Source of the DNA: Vulcanimicrobiales bacterium
GTDB taxonomy: Bacteria; Vulcanimicrobiota; Vulcanimicrobiia; Vulcanimicrobiales; Vulcanimicrobiaceae
Reading direction: 5' to 3'
DNA: 64,000 nucleotides
Assembly: GCA_038231455.1 (NCBI GenBank)
Contig: JBBRLI010000014.1
Span: forward strand, 19,153 to 83,152
In this document: positions 48,993-58,238 of the stretch, piece after piece
How positions within the stretch are numbered: the first letter of the stretch is position 1
How the letters are laid out: each line of letters starts with the position of its first letter
Notes under the pieces: model-generated
The model's input: the letters and a program-made list of their open reading frames with translations, nothing else
Databases searched by the model: none
Told to the model about the DNA's origin: nothing
Program-made: the position numbers and the translations under genes

Positions 48993-49469
48993 CTACCGCC
49001 GACGCTCCGCAAAAAAATCGCGCAATTGCTGCGCGGTCTCTTCGTGCAGCACACCATCCACGATTTCGACGTGGTGATTCACCGCGGCCGATCTGAGAAT
49101 ATCGATAACCGAGCCCACAGCCCCTCCCTTGGGATCGCGGCAACCGAAAACTAACCGTTCGATCCGGGCCGCCGCGATGGCCCCGGCGCACATCGGACAG
49201 GGCTCTTTTGTGACGTACAGCGTCCCGCCGATCCGCCAGCGACCCAAGGCGGCAGCAGCCGCGCGAATCGCGATCATTTCCGCATGGGCGGTCGGATCGG
49301 CATCCCGCTCCTTCTCGTTCCATGCTTCAAACGGGCGATCGTCGATGACTAGAAGCGCCCCGATAGGGACATCGCCGGCCTCCGCGGCGCGATCCGCGAG
49401 CGCCATCGCACGCCGAACGCCCGCCTCGTCTTCAGCGGTACGATCCGCGGCGAGCCTCGTTCCAGGTAT
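48993..49469 (-). CDS. tadA: tRNA adenosine(34) deaminase; start uncertain (first in-frame ATG at 49406 would clip helix 1)
   Basis: VPIGA, DPTAHAE, EPCPMCAGA, DPKGG, NHH, FF..RR. Confidence 0.88.
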   Translation of the reverse strand: MPGTRLAADRTAEDEAGVRRAMALADRAAEAGDVPIGALLVIDDRPFEAWNEKERDADPTAHAEMIAIRAAAAALGRWRIGGTLYVTKEPCPMCAGAIAAARIERLVFGCRDPKGGAVGSVIDILRSAAVNHHVEIVDGVLHEETAQQLRDFFAERRR

Positions 49470-50217
49470 ACGGTAGGTCGCGAATCTCGCCGCTAACGGT
49501 TGCCTCGGCGATGAATTCGAGCGCCTGCCGCACGATCGCACGCTGCAACGCGGCATTCCCCGGCACGCCGAAATGATGACCCATCATGAACGGAACGAAC
49601 ACCGCACGTGGAGCAAGCGATGCCGTCGTCACGTCTCGTGCAACGGAAACCGAAACCGTTGGAAAACCGCGTCGTTCGAGTGCGCGCTGGACCAGCGCCA
49701 CGGATTGATGACAAATCGGTCAAGCCGGCGCGAGTAAAACAACGTCGGGCTTTTCCGCTTCGACTGCGGCGGCGAGTTCGCCCGCAAACGACGATTGGAA
49801 GCGCGTCGGATCCATGTTGTATCCGATAAACGAATAGAAATTCTCGGTGAGCGATCCGATCGTCTTTGCAGCGACGAGTTCGCGCAGCCGCTCGATCGGA
49901 AAAATGACGTTGAGATCTTGGCGCGCGCCCGCGGTTGGATACTTCAACTGGTGGATTTCGAGGTCGCTCACCGCCGAGTTGGACGGCACGCGCCGAAACG
50001 AAAAGTCGCCGACGGGATGCGCGACATCAAACGGTAACGATCCCGCCGGCTGCACGCCGGAGGAACTGACAAACGCGACGCGCGCATCGCGTAAGGCAAC
50101 ACGCGGCTGCGCGAGCGGAACCGCATCAGCTAAGCGGATCATCGAACCCGGATAGCGCTCGTTTACGGTCTCCCAAAGGCCGGGACGCAACTGGACGCCC
50201 GACTCAGAGATCGCCAT
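49432..50217 (-). CDS. PrdB/GrdB-like selenoprotein, 261 aa, Sec at UGA 49722-49720
   Basis: ORFs 49720-50217 and 49432-49701 are in frame and join as DVVLLAPA-U-PICHQSVALVQRALERRGFPTV; SSSGV, GDFSFR, DLNVIFP..RL family motifs. Confidence 0.85.
49680..49701 (-). promoter_or_regulatory. Candidate bacterial SECIS hairpin
   Basis: GTG-GCGCTG-GTC-CAGCGC-G-CAC starting 18 nt after the in-frame UGA; G in the apical loop. Confidence 0.6.
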
Positions 50218-50494
50218 CGTGAATCCATTCTCCCGATCGCCGGATCAACTCCAAATGCACGTACAAGAAGAGGTGCGCAAGCGTCGGCGTGTCGCTCTCG
50301 GAAATGATTGTCCGTACGGTCTCGTATGCGGTCGGCGGAGATTCGAGCAGCGCTTTGACCGCAGCGACATACGCTTTGTCGATTTCGCGGCGCCCGGCGT
50401 CTTCGTTACCGTCGCCCAAATGCAGCCGAGCGTAACGCAGAAACGCGGCGTCATCGCCGCTCGCGGCCGCGGCGCGAAGAAAGTCGACGGACAT
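50204..50494 (-). CDS. Hypothetical protein overlapping the selenoprotein start
   Basis: 96-aa ORF whose last 14 nt overlap the selenoprotein ATG; GGAG inside it could serve as the selenoprotein RBS. Confidence 0.65.
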   Translation of the reverse strand: MSVDFLRAAAASGDDAAFLRYARLHLGDGNEDAGRREIDKAYVAAVKALLESPPTAYETVRTIISESDTPTLAHLFLYVHLELIRRSGEWIHDGDL

Positions 50495-50532
50495 GGCGAG
50501 CACCCCGCGTCTCTGCGGCGATGGGAAAAATA

Positions 50533-50606
50533 TGCGCCCGGAGGGATTCGAACCCCCGGTCTCAGCCTTCGGAGGGCCGCGCGTTATCCAGCTACGCTAC
50601 GGGCGC
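50533..50606 (-). tRNA. tRNA-Arg(CCG)
   Basis: GCGCCCG acceptor; anticodon arm CGGCC-CTCCGAA-GGCTG; TTCGAAT. Confidence 0.95.
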
Positions 50607-50612
50607 AAGTGA

Positions 50613-50855
50613 TCAGCTCTTGGGTTCGTCCCCGGGGACGGGAGCTGAGGTTGGGATATGCTTGAAAAGGTCGAGCTTATGGTCGACGAGCCCACGGTAG
50701 AATTTGCGTACGCAGTCGGGATGCCCGAAAAAATACGTGCGCGCGTAGGCGAGATCGTCCCCCGAACTATCCGGAACGTAATGTGAGATTTCGATTTCTT
50801 CCATTTGCCCCCGGTCGACCGGGTGCGGGCAGAAATCGCAGGGGATTGTCGACAT
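50613..50855 (-). CDS. Small hypothetical protein, putative Zn finger
   Basis: 80 aa with CDFC ... HPDC; RBS GAGG before ATG. Confidence 0.6.
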   Translation of the reverse strand: MSTIPCDFCPHPVDRGQMEEIEISHYVPDSSGDDLAYARTYFFGHPDCVRKFYRGLVDHKLDLFKHIPTSAPVPGDEPKS

Positions 50856-50876
50856 CGTGGAACCTCGAGAATTTTC

Positions 50877-50948
50877 TGACTCGGGTAGGATTTGAACCTA
50901 CGACCTAGGGCTTATGAGTCCCCCGCTCTACCACTGAGCTACCGAGCC
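50877..50948 (-). tRNA. tRNA-CAT (elongator Met, or Ile2)
   Basis: GGCTCGG/CCGAGTC acceptor (paired 1-72, so not initiator); loop CTCATAA; TTCAAAT. Confidence 0.9.
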
Positions 50949-51084
50949 GTACTATTGAAAGACGGTGTCGAAACACACGTCGATTAGCTAGAACCACGGC
51001 GAGCCCTTCCAGGTTGCCGACCCTTGCTTACCCCGCACTTCTTCGACGAAGGATGGCACGCGCTCTGCCGCAATTGGTACGGCC

Positions 51085-52605
51085 ATGACACAGCGCATGA
51101 CCTGGGCTCTCGTCGCACTTGGCGGACTCCTTGCTTTCCCGGCGGTGACGGCGGCGGCGGACGTATCCGCTGCCGACTTACTCGCCAAGCACAAGGCGTT
51201 CGTCGGTTGGGAGTCGGGTGACGGCTCGGTCAAAACGATGAGATCGACGATCCACATCCACGACCCGGGTGCTGACAGTGGCGAAAACGACGTCGTGCTC
51301 GACGAGATTCGCAAGGGGCTGCTCTTCAAACAGGTGACGCGGACCGGCGGCGCCGTCTACGAAGAAGGCTACACAGGCCGTGTTTTCTGGACGACCGACA
51401 TCAACGCGAACACGTACACATTGAAGAACGATGCCGTGCGTCTCGGGTTATCCGAGACGATCGTACAAGACGAAGGCGTGTCGGTTGTCGGCGGCACGCT
51501 AAAGGGCAGTGAAAAGATTGACGGCGTCGAGACAAAAATCGTTCGCGTCTCGCCAAACGGCGCGGCACCGTTCGATGTCTACGTCGATCCGCTTACGGGC
51601 GCGTTCAAACGCGTGACATACTTTCCGGACGACAAATACGAGCGACACAGCGACAACATCGCAAGTTACGCAGATGTCGGCAACGGGAAGAAAGTCGTCG
51701 GCTCGTACAAGTACGACTCGAACTCGAAGCGTACGCTCGCCGTGGAAAATATACGGATTAACGAGGCTGTGAGAGATGAAGAGCTGCATCCGCCGGCAAA
51801 AACGTCTAGCTGGTCGTTCAATTCGAGCGCTCCGATCCCGGTCGAAGAAATTCTCTATAACGTCAACGGTGCAGAGAACTTTGGCCGCGCGATCTCCGTG
51901 CGCGTCTCAATCGACGGTCACGAAGGGCGCTTTCTCCTCGACTCGGGTGCTCCGGACACGCTCGTCGTCGGATCGTTCGCCGCGACGATCGACTCGCCGA
52001 CAATTGCGACGACGTCGTACCGCACCGTCGGCTTTCCGACGAAGCGCGCACAACTCAAGCTCGTGAAAGAGATTACGATCGGGAAGAACGTTCTCCACAA
52101 CGTCCGCGTCAAAGTTTCTGATTCGGCTCCGTTCGGTCCATTCGATGGAATTATCGGCCTCGCGGCACTTGCCGATGCGGTCGTCGATGTCGACCTTAAC
52201 GACAAGACGCTGCGCATTCTCGATCCGGCCAAGTTCGACGTCACGGTCGGCAAGGGCGCCTATGCGTTCGACGTTGACATGTCGACACTTCACGCCGCCG
52301 TTCCCGCGATCATCAATGGGAAAGTCGCCGCCGAACCGTTCATCGACACCGGTAATTACTATGGGGTCGTCCTTGCAGCCGCACTCTACGATAGTGATGA
52401 AGTGCGCGTGACCCGCGGAGCACTCGGTGCACCGCACGTCAATGAAATTCAAGTCGGCCCGTATCGTTATCAAAACGTTCCGACGGAATTTCTGAACGGG
52501 TTCGGACACCGCGGCGGACTGCTCGGCTACGATTTCCTCAAGCATTTCAACTGGACGTTCGATCTGCCGCAAAGCAAGATCGTCCTTACTCCGAACGGTC
52601 GCTAG
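51085..52605 (+). CDS. Secreted two-domain retropepsin-like aspartyl protease
   Basis: Signal peptide; FLLDSGA...DGIIG and FIDTGN...GLLG.DFL catalytic motifs. Confidence 0.8.
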   Translation: MTQRMTWALVALGGLLAFPAVTAAADVSAADLLAKHKAFVGWESGDGSVKTMRSTIHIHDPGADSGENDVVLDEIRKGLLFKQVTRTGGAVYEEGYTGRVFWTTDINANTYTLKNDAVRLGLSETIVQDEGVSVVGGTLKGSEKIDGVETKIVRVSPNGAAPFDVYVDPLTGAFKRVTYFPDDKYERHSDNIASYADVGNGKKVVGSYKYDSNSKRTLAVENIRINEAVRDEELHPPAKTSSWSFNSSAPIPVEEILYNVNGAENFGRAISVRVSIDGHEGRFLLDSGAPDTLVVGSFAATIDSPTIATTSYRTVGFPTKRAQLKLVKEITIGKNVLHNVRVKVSDSAPFGPFDGIIGLAALADAVVDVDLNDKTLRILDPAKFDVTVGKGAYAFDVDMSTLHAAVPAIINGKVAAEPFIDTGNYYGVVLAAALYDSDEVRVTRGALGAPHVNEIQVGPYRYQNVPTEFLNGFGHRGGLLGYDFLKHFNWTFDLPQSKIVLTPNGR

Positions 52606-52615
52606 AACGAACAAA

Positions 52616-52641
52616 AAAAGCGCAGCAATCGCTGCGCTTTT
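52616..52641. terminator. Bidirectional intrinsic terminator
   Basis: AAAAG-CGCAGC-AATC-GCTGCG-CTTTT between the convergent protease and tRNA-Arg. Confidence 0.8.
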
Positions 52642-52649
52642 CGTGTTCA

Positions 52650-52723
52650 TGCGGTCGGAGGGACTCGAACCCCCAACCTACAAGTTCGTAGCCTGTTGCT
52701 CTATCCAATTGAGCTACGACCGC
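52650..52723 (-). tRNA. tRNA-Arg(ACG)
   Basis: GCGGTCG acceptor; anticodon arm ACAGG-CTACGAA-CTTGT; TTCGAGT. Confidence 0.95.
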
Positions 52724-52792
52724 ATGCATCGCCTCGAAGGCGACCATTTAGAATACCGCGCGCACACTCCATTTCCTTCACCGTGCATGCAG

Positions 52793-52823
52793 AAAAACGG
52801 CCCGCGCTATGCGGGCCGTTTTT
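52793..52823 (-). terminator. Intrinsic terminator after tRNA-Ser(GCT)
   Basis: AAAAACGGCCCGC-N5-GCGGGCCGTTTTT. Confidence 0.8.
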
Positions 52824-52831
52824 ACGTCCAT

Positions 52832-52920
52832 TGGAGAGGGAGAGATTCGAACTCTCGGTACGGTATTATCCGTACGGTCATTTAGCAAACGACTGCCTTC
52901 AGCCACTCGGCCACCTCTCC
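52832..52920 (-). tRNA. tRNA-Ser(GCT)
   Basis: GGAGAGG/CCTCTCC; anticodon arm GTCGT-TTGCTAA-ATGAC; long variable arm. Confidence 0.95.
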
Positions 52921-52959
52921 AAGGGGGCTCAGAGGTTTTAGCCGTCGAGCACGTGTGTC

Positions 52960-54099
52960 CTACCGTGGAATGAGTTCGCGCTCGCCGACGATCATGTTTT
53001 GGATTCGGTCACTGATGGTCGATGCCGAGAGCGGCCGTCGCAGGCGCGACATTTTGTCGCGTAGTTGGAGGGCGCTTACGTCATCGCCGACGACGCGCGC
53101 CGTCAGGCGTGCGAGTTCGTCTGCATCGTGCGCGCGCAGCGCCGCACCGCGTGTGGTGAGATACGTCGCATTACGTTCTTCTTGACCCGGTAACGGACGC
53201 ACGATGATCATCGGGAGTTCCGCTGCGAGGGCTTCGGATGTTGTCAGCCCCCCGGGCTTCGTAATGATGACGTCGCTTGCATGCATGTAGTCGTACACGT
53301 TGTCTACAAAGCCGAGCACGCGCGTCTCGTACGGATACTTGGCCGACCGTTCGGCAACGCGACGTTCGAGATGCGCGTTGCGTCCGACGATGACGACGGC
53401 GTCCGGCGCATTCGCTCCGAGCGTCGCAAGGGCTTGCGTCGCTTGTTCGATCGGTCCCATGCCAAGGCCGCCCCCCATCAGCAGCGCGATCGGACGATCG
53501 ACGGCAAGACCCAGCCGTTCGCGAAGCTCCGTCCGCGTCTCGTTCATGATGCCAAAGCGGCCGTCGACCGGAATTCCATCGACTTGGATACGATCAGGTT
53601 CGATCCCGCGCTCGATCATGGTGGCGCGCATCTCCGGTGTTCCGACCGCGTAGGCATCGATGTTCGAATAGATCCAGAACGGATGAACGACAAAATCCGT
53701 CACGATTCCCATCACCGGAATCGTCGAATGATACAGGCGCTTGTAGGCCGACATCACGCCGCACGGAAACGCATGCGTGCAGACGACGGCGCTCGGGCGC
53801 ATCTTGACGATGAGGCGATGCAGGCGCCGTGCGGTATACTCCGCAGCCCATACGCGAAAACCGCTTGCGACCGGTGCGCGCTCAGCGCGGTCGTAAATCA
53901 ACTTGTAGAGTTCGGGCACGGTTTTGACCATGCCGATGTAGCCGTCTGCGACGACTTTGCTGAAAATTGCCGCTGCATAGCGATACGAATCGACGACGTC
54001 GCCACGGATGCCCCGTGAACGCAGTTCGACCCGGACCGCGTCGGCAGCGGCGGTGTGTCCTACTCCAACGCGTGCGGAGAGGAAAAGGACCGGGCCTAC
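52960..54099 (-). CDS. UgtP/MGDG-synthase-like glycosyltransferase (GT28); conserved N-terminus extends past the ORF-track start
   Basis: In-frame VLFLSARVGVGHTAAA upstream of 53931; VCTHAFP, VTDF..HPFW, GGGLG, TKPGGLT, PGQEERN. Confidence 0.88.
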   Translation of the reverse strand, partial: VGPVLFLSARVGVGHTAAADAVRVELRSRGIRGDVVDSYRYAAAIFSKVVADGYIGMVKTVPELYKLIYDRAERAPVASGFRVWAAEYTARRLHRLIVKMRPSAVVCTHAFPCGVMSAYKRLYHSTIPVMGIVTDFVVHPFWIYSNIDAYAVGTPEMRATMIERGIEPDRIQVDGIPVDGRFGIMNETRTELRERLGLAVDRPIALLMGGGLGMGPIEQATQALATLGANAPDAVVIVGRNAHLERRVAERSAKYPYETRVLGFVDNVYDYMHASDVIITKPGGLTTSEALAAELPMIIVRPLPGQEERNATYLTTRGAALRAHDADELARLTARVVGDDVSALQLRDKMSRLRRPLSASTISDRIQNMIVGERELIPR

Positions 54100-54365
54100 G
54101 CGCCGCTCTCCGGCGACGATTCTTCCGCGAGGACAAAGAAGTCATCGAGAATTTCTTGGGCCAGCTCATCGTTATCGAGCAGCGTGCCTTTCGCGTCGGT
54201 CACGACGAACTCGTCGGCCTTTTCGCTGTAGCACACCGCGAACGTATTGTTTTCGTCGTCTTCGACGAGGCCAACGACCTCGAACTCAAGCTGCGCGCCT
54301 TCGCTTGTCTCGATGACGAGCAAATCGCGGAGTTCGAGGGGGCCTTGTTCGCCTGATGATTCGAT
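54096..54365 (-). CDS. DUF1292-like small acidic protein; probable ATC start
   Basis: Acidic ~89 aa (EFEVVG, LDDF), near ruvX-mltG as in Bacillota; RBS AGGAG 8 nt before ATC 54365. Confidence 0.65.
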   Translation of the reverse strand: MESSGEQGPLELRDLLVIETSEGAQLEFEVVGLVEDDENNTFAVCYSEKADEFVVTDAKGTLLDNDELAQEILDDFFVLAEESSPESGA

Positions 54366-54376
54366 GGTCTGGGCTC

Positions 54377-55387
54377 CTATTTGAGGTAACGGGACACATT
54401 CGCATTGTGCTCCTGGAGCGTTCTTGCGAAAGCCGAGTGTCCGTCCCCTTTGTAGACATAGTACAGATAATCGGACGAACGGGGCGAGAAGGCCGCGTCC
54501 AGCGACGCCTTGCCGGGATTGGCGATCGGCGTCGGGGGGAGTCCGGGGTATCGATAGGTATTATACGGCGAGTCGATCTGAAGGTCTTTGCGGGTGATCA
54601 CATCGTGGTGGGTTGGGAACACGTATTCGATCGTCGCGTCGACTTCGAGGGGCATCCCACGGCGAAGTCGGTTGTAGTACACCCCCGCCATGAGCGGGCG
54701 CTCGTCGTCAGCCTTGGCCTCCCGCTCCACGAGCGAGGCGATGGTGACCACTTGCGGGACACTCATACCCAACTTGCGTGCGCGCTCACCGGCCCCCGGG
54801 GGTAATTCCTTACGGAACTGATCCACCAGGATCTTGGCGGCGGCGCGGGGCGTAACCTCGACCGGCATGAGATAGGTGCTCGGGAAAAGATAGCCTTCGA
54901 GTCCCCGCGTCCGCGTGCCGTCAAGATCGATCGATTCGGCGAGAAAAGCGCGCTCGAAGGCGTCTTGCGAGCCGAACTTCTTCTCCGCAAGGGAAGCCGC
55001 AATCTCGCGCGCCGTGAACCCCTCGGGAAACGTCACCCAGCGCGCGACCTGTCCGCTGCCGGCGGTGATGGTTTGCAACACGTCGTCGCTCGATCGATGC
55101 GGGTCGATCGTGTACTCACCCGCTTTCACGTTTGCTTCTTCGTGACGAAGACGCGCGAGTATGCGGAAGGCGATCGGATGCGCAATGATGCCGCCGCGCT
55201 CGAGTTGTGCGGTAACGGCACCGAACGTACTGCCCCGAGCGATGATCACCGTCGTCTGCTTCTTCGGCAGGGCGCGGTCGCTATAGATCGCGTTTTGAAA
55301 CCAGAGTCCGGATGCGGCGACGATCACCCCGACCGAGATAATGATCGCAACGAATGCGTTGACGAGCGAGCGGCCGAGTCGACTCAC
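54377..55387 (-). CDS. mltG: Endolytic transglycosylase
   Basis: N-terminal TM, PEG, EGYLFP.TY, ASLVERE, NRL, SPYNTY..GLPPTPIANPG. Confidence 0.95.
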   Translation of the reverse strand: MSRLGRSLVNAFVAIIISVGVIVAASGLWFQNAIYSDRALPKKQTTVIIARGSTFGAVTAQLERGGIIAHPIAFRILARLRHEEANVKAGEYTIDPHRSSDDVLQTITAGSGQVARWVTFPEGFTAREIAASLAEKKFGSQDAFERAFLAESIDLDGTRTRGLEGYLFPSTYLMPVEVTPRAAAKILVDQFRKELPPGAGERARKLGMSVPQVVTIASLVEREAKADDERPLMAGVYYNRLRRGMPLEVDATIEYVFPTHHDVITRKDLQIDSPYNTYRYPGLPPTPIANPGKASLDAAFSPRSSDYLYYVYKGDGHSAFARTLQEHNANVSRYLK

Positions 55388-55806
55388 GAATTGCGCTTTC
55401 GGGCGAGGTATGTTTCGAGAATCATCGCTGCTGCGAGTTTGTCGACGACGCTGCGCCTGGCCTTGCGCGACACGTCCGCACCGATGAGCGATTTTTGGAC
55501 TGCCGCCGTCGTCAGGCGCTCATCGATGCGCGCGATCTCACCGTCGTAAACGCGTGCGAGTGCGACGACGAACGCGTCCATCTTCTCCGCTGCCGGGCCG
55601 CGCGTGCCCGCCATCGTGATCGGATCGCCGACGACGATCGTGCGCGCGCCGCGCTCGGCGGCGATCGCGACGATCGCCCCAAGGTCGGCCTTGATATTCG
55701 TGCGCTCGATCGTATCGTACGGCAGCGCAAAACTGCCGAACGGATCGCTCACGGCAACGCCGATGCGGCGCTCGCCCACATCGAGTGCGACGATCGAGCC
55801 TTCCAT
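55384..55806 (-). CDS. ruvX: YqgF/RuvX pre-16S rRNA nuclease
   Basis: ALDVGERRIGVAVSD, VVGDP, DERLTT, DKLAA..IL. Confidence 0.95.
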   Translation of the reverse strand: MEGSIVALDVGERRIGVAVSDPFGSFALPYDTIERTNIKADLGAIVAIAAERGARTIVVGDPITMAGTRGPAAEKMDAFVVALARVYDGEIARIDERLTTAAVQKSLIGADVSRKARRSVVDKLAAAMILETYLARKRNS

Positions 55807-56543
55807 CAAATCGAGTAGCGTTCGAGATGGACGCTAGCGCGCGGCCGCTTGCCCAAATGAAACGTCAGCAAGTCGTCGATTGCGCGTGCGATGCGCGGCG
55901 TTGCAAGGGTCGCCGCGCCCGGCTCGCCGCGGGGCAGCCCGAGCGCACGAAAATTCGCGACGTCGCGTGCGTCGAGGGCAATCGCGCTGCCGCGCGCGCC
56001 AAGACACCGGCGACAAGCAAGACCGTGCGCATCCGCATCGATCCACGCTTCCTCACCGAGTGGGTGACCGCAGCGCACGCAGCTATCGTCCGGTGGCGCA
56101 AGTCCGAGCGCGTGCAAGAGCCGAAGCTCGAACCGCGGCACGAATTTCGCCGGGTCGCCGCTACCGTCGATCGCGGCGATCGCACTTGCCAGCAGATCGT
56201 AAATCTCCGGCATCGCAAGGTCCGGTTCGCAGAACGAATCCACGAGTTCGGCGAGCAGATGGCCCGTGGCAAACGCACTCGGTTCGACGACCCCATTCCA
56301 GTGCGTCGTGCGCGTTTGGGCACTGGTGATCACGTCTAAATTTCGGCCGCGGTGCAGGGTCAGCGTCGCCTCGGTGAGGAATTCGAGCCGCCCGCCAACG
56401 TGACTCTTCGTTCGCCGGATGCCTTTGCCGACCGCATCCACCTTGCCGCGCAGTTTGGTGAAGAGCGTAAAAATTTTATCGGCCTCACCGAGATTGCGCG
56501 CGCGCAGCACGATGGCATCGGTGGTATACGTCCGCTCGTTCAG
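55806..56543 (-). CDS. recO: DNA repair protein RecO; probable CTG start
   Basis: AIVLRARNLGEADKI, GK, CVRCG..CRRC zinc motif; CTG overlaps the cdd TGA (CTGA) with RBS GAGGA. Confidence 0.92.
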   Translation of the reverse strand: MNERTYTTDAIVLRARNLGEADKIFTLFTKLRGKVDAVGKGIRRTKSHVGGRLEFLTEATLTLHRGRNLDVITSAQTRTTHWNGVVEPSAFATGHLLAELVDSFCEPDLAMPEIYDLLASAIAAIDGSGDPAKFVPRFELRLLHALGLAPPDDSCVRCGHPLGEEAWIDADAHGLACRRCLGARGSAIALDARDVANFRALGLPRGEPGAATLATPRIARAIDDLLTFHLGKRPRASVHLERYSI

Positions 56544-56944
56544 CGTGCATCCTCGAGCGTTTTTGGCGAAAACGCATCGGGCAAGAGCGTGCCAATCGTG
56601 CGTGTTACCGGTCCCGATGGGGATGCGGTGACGATCTTCAAATTCACGCCGAATTCGACGAGCACTTGGCGACAGGCGCCGCACGGCGTCGTCTGGGTCC
56701 CCTCGGGTCCGGCGACGGCGATCGCCTCGAACGTGCGCACGCCTGCCGTGACCGCTGCAAAGAATGCGACGCGTTCCGCGCACATCGAAAGACCGTACGA
56801 TGCGTTTTCGATATTCGCACCGGTGAATACGCGCCCGTCGACCGCTGCAAGCGCTGCGCCGACCGCGAAGTTTGAATATGGCGCATACGCGCCGCCGCGT
56901 GCCCGAGCAGCCGCCTCGAGGAGACTAGAGGGGTTGTGCGCCAT
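56540..56944 (-). CDS. cdd: Cytidine deaminase
   Basis: AYAPYSNF.VGA, NIENASY, CAER, PCGACRQ, LLP.AF. Confidence 0.95.
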   Translation of the reverse strand: MAHNPSSLLEAAARARGGAYAPYSNFAVGAALAAVDGRVFTGANIENASYGLSMCAERVAFFAAVTAGVRTFEAIAVAGPEGTQTTPCGACRQVLVEFGVNLKIVTASPSGPVTRTIGTLLPDAFSPKTLEDAR

Positions 56945-58238
56945 CGGGTTCCCGCTCGTCATCCGCACCGGCGTGGGCTTTCCCGTTCGTCAGCACGCGC
57001 ACGGTGAGAATACGCCGGCCGCGCGTGCGATCGACGCGCAGTTTCACCCCGGGCGCCGCTTCGATTTCTTCGCCTTCGTGCGGCAGACGCCCGAACAGCC
57101 CGACCGTAAATCCGCCGATCGTTTCGAATTCTTCGTGCGGTAATTCCAAATCGAGCTCGGCGTTGAGATCTTCGATATTGACACCGGCCTCGACGATCGT
57201 CTCGTCGGGCTCGATACGGCGGATCGACTCTTCTTCGCCTTCATCGTGTTCGTCGCGAATCTCGCCGACGATTTCTTCGAGCAGGTCTTCCATCGTCACG
57301 AGGCCCGCGGTACCGCCGTACTCATCGAGTACGATCGCAAGGGAATACTTCCCGCGCTGCATGTCGCGTAAGAGTTCCGAGATGCGCTTGTTCTCGGGCA
57401 CGTGCGTGACCGGCCGCATGATCGAGCGCAGCGACGCCGCCGCGATCGCGCCTTCCGAGAGACTGATGAGCAGTTCGCGGTCGTGGACGACGCCGATCAC
57501 GTTGTCGATCGTCTCTTCGTACACGGGCAGCTTCGAGTAGCCTTCGGCGATGACCAGATCGAGCGCGCGGCGCGGTGTTGCCGTGAGGGCGACCGCGACC
57601 ATGCGCGTTCGCGGCGTCATTACTTCGCGGACGATGGTATCACCGAACTCGATGATCGAGTGGATGAGTTCGCGTTCGTCGGCTTCGAGGACGTTCTGCT
57701 CGACCCCGACATTGACGATCGTCTTGATATCGTCTTCCGTCACGTACGGGCCGTGCGCGATGGGCCGCCCGCCGAAGAGCTTCACAAGGAAATTGGAAAG
57801 TGTCAGAAAGAGCCACGTAAAGGGCGTGAGCGCCCAGATCACGCCGCGCAGCGGCGGTGCGATGCGGATCGACCAGCGTTCGCTATCGGAGACGGCGACG
57901 GTCTTGGGAAGAATTTCGCCGAAGAGCAAAATCGCAACGGTCATCACGAGCGTCGACCAGATCGCAGCGTGCGGGATGCCCGCCGCGATGAACAGGTATG
58001 TCGCGACCGAGTCGGCCGCGAGCAAGACGAACGTGTTACCGATCAGCACCGTGGTCAGCACGCGGTTGCGGTCTTCCAGCAGCGTCTCGAGGGCCTTTGC
58101 GCCGGGGATCTTCCGCTCCGACATCGCGCGCGCTTTGAGCCGCGAGAGCGAGACGATCGAGGCCTCGGAGGCAGCAAAAAACGCCGCTGCGCCCGTGAGG
58201 ACGATCAGCGCGAGGATCTCAGGCCAATAGGGAGTCAT
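56925..58238 (-). CDS. CNNM/CorB-CorC family transporter (DUF21-CBS-CorC; 'hemolysin family')
   Basis: FFAASE, GN, FGEILPK, VREVMTPR, DEYGGTAGLVTMEDLLEEIVGEI, ETIGG. Confidence 0.93.
   Translation of the reverse strand: MTPYWPEILALIVLTGAAAFFAASEASIVSLSRLKARAMSERKIPGAKALETLLEDRNRVLTTVLIGNTFVLLAADSVATYLFIAAGIPHAAIWSTLVMTVAILLFGEILPKTVAVSDSERWSIRIAPPLRGVIWALTPFTWLFLTLSNFLVKLFGGRPIAHGPYVTEDDIKTIVNVGVEQNVLEADERELIHSIIEFGDTIVREVMTPRTRMVAVALTATPRRALDLVIAEGYSKLPVYEETIDNVIGVVHDRELLISLSEGAIAAASLRSIMRPVTHVPENKRISELLRDMQRGKYSLAIVLDEYGGTAGLVTMEDLLEEIVGEIRDEHDEGEEESIRRIEPDETIVEAGVNIEDLNAELDLELPHEEFETIGGFTVGLFGRLPHEGEEIEAAPGVKLRVDRTRGRRILTVRVLTNGKAHAGADDEREPDGAQPL

Noticed and set aside
50949-51084. SRP RNA or other ncRNA near the tRNA/tadA cluster
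   Set aside because: No SRP helix-8 motif (CAGG..GGAA..AGCAG); only a short hairpin in the tRNA leader
24820-52920. One of the long-variable-arm tRNAs being tRNA-Sec
   Set aside because: Anticodons are GGA, CGA and GCT with 7-bp acceptor stems; none is TCA
55806-56944. Absence of era between cdd and recO
   Set aside because: Ordinary gene-order variation; era may lie elsewhere and this cannot be judged from the window
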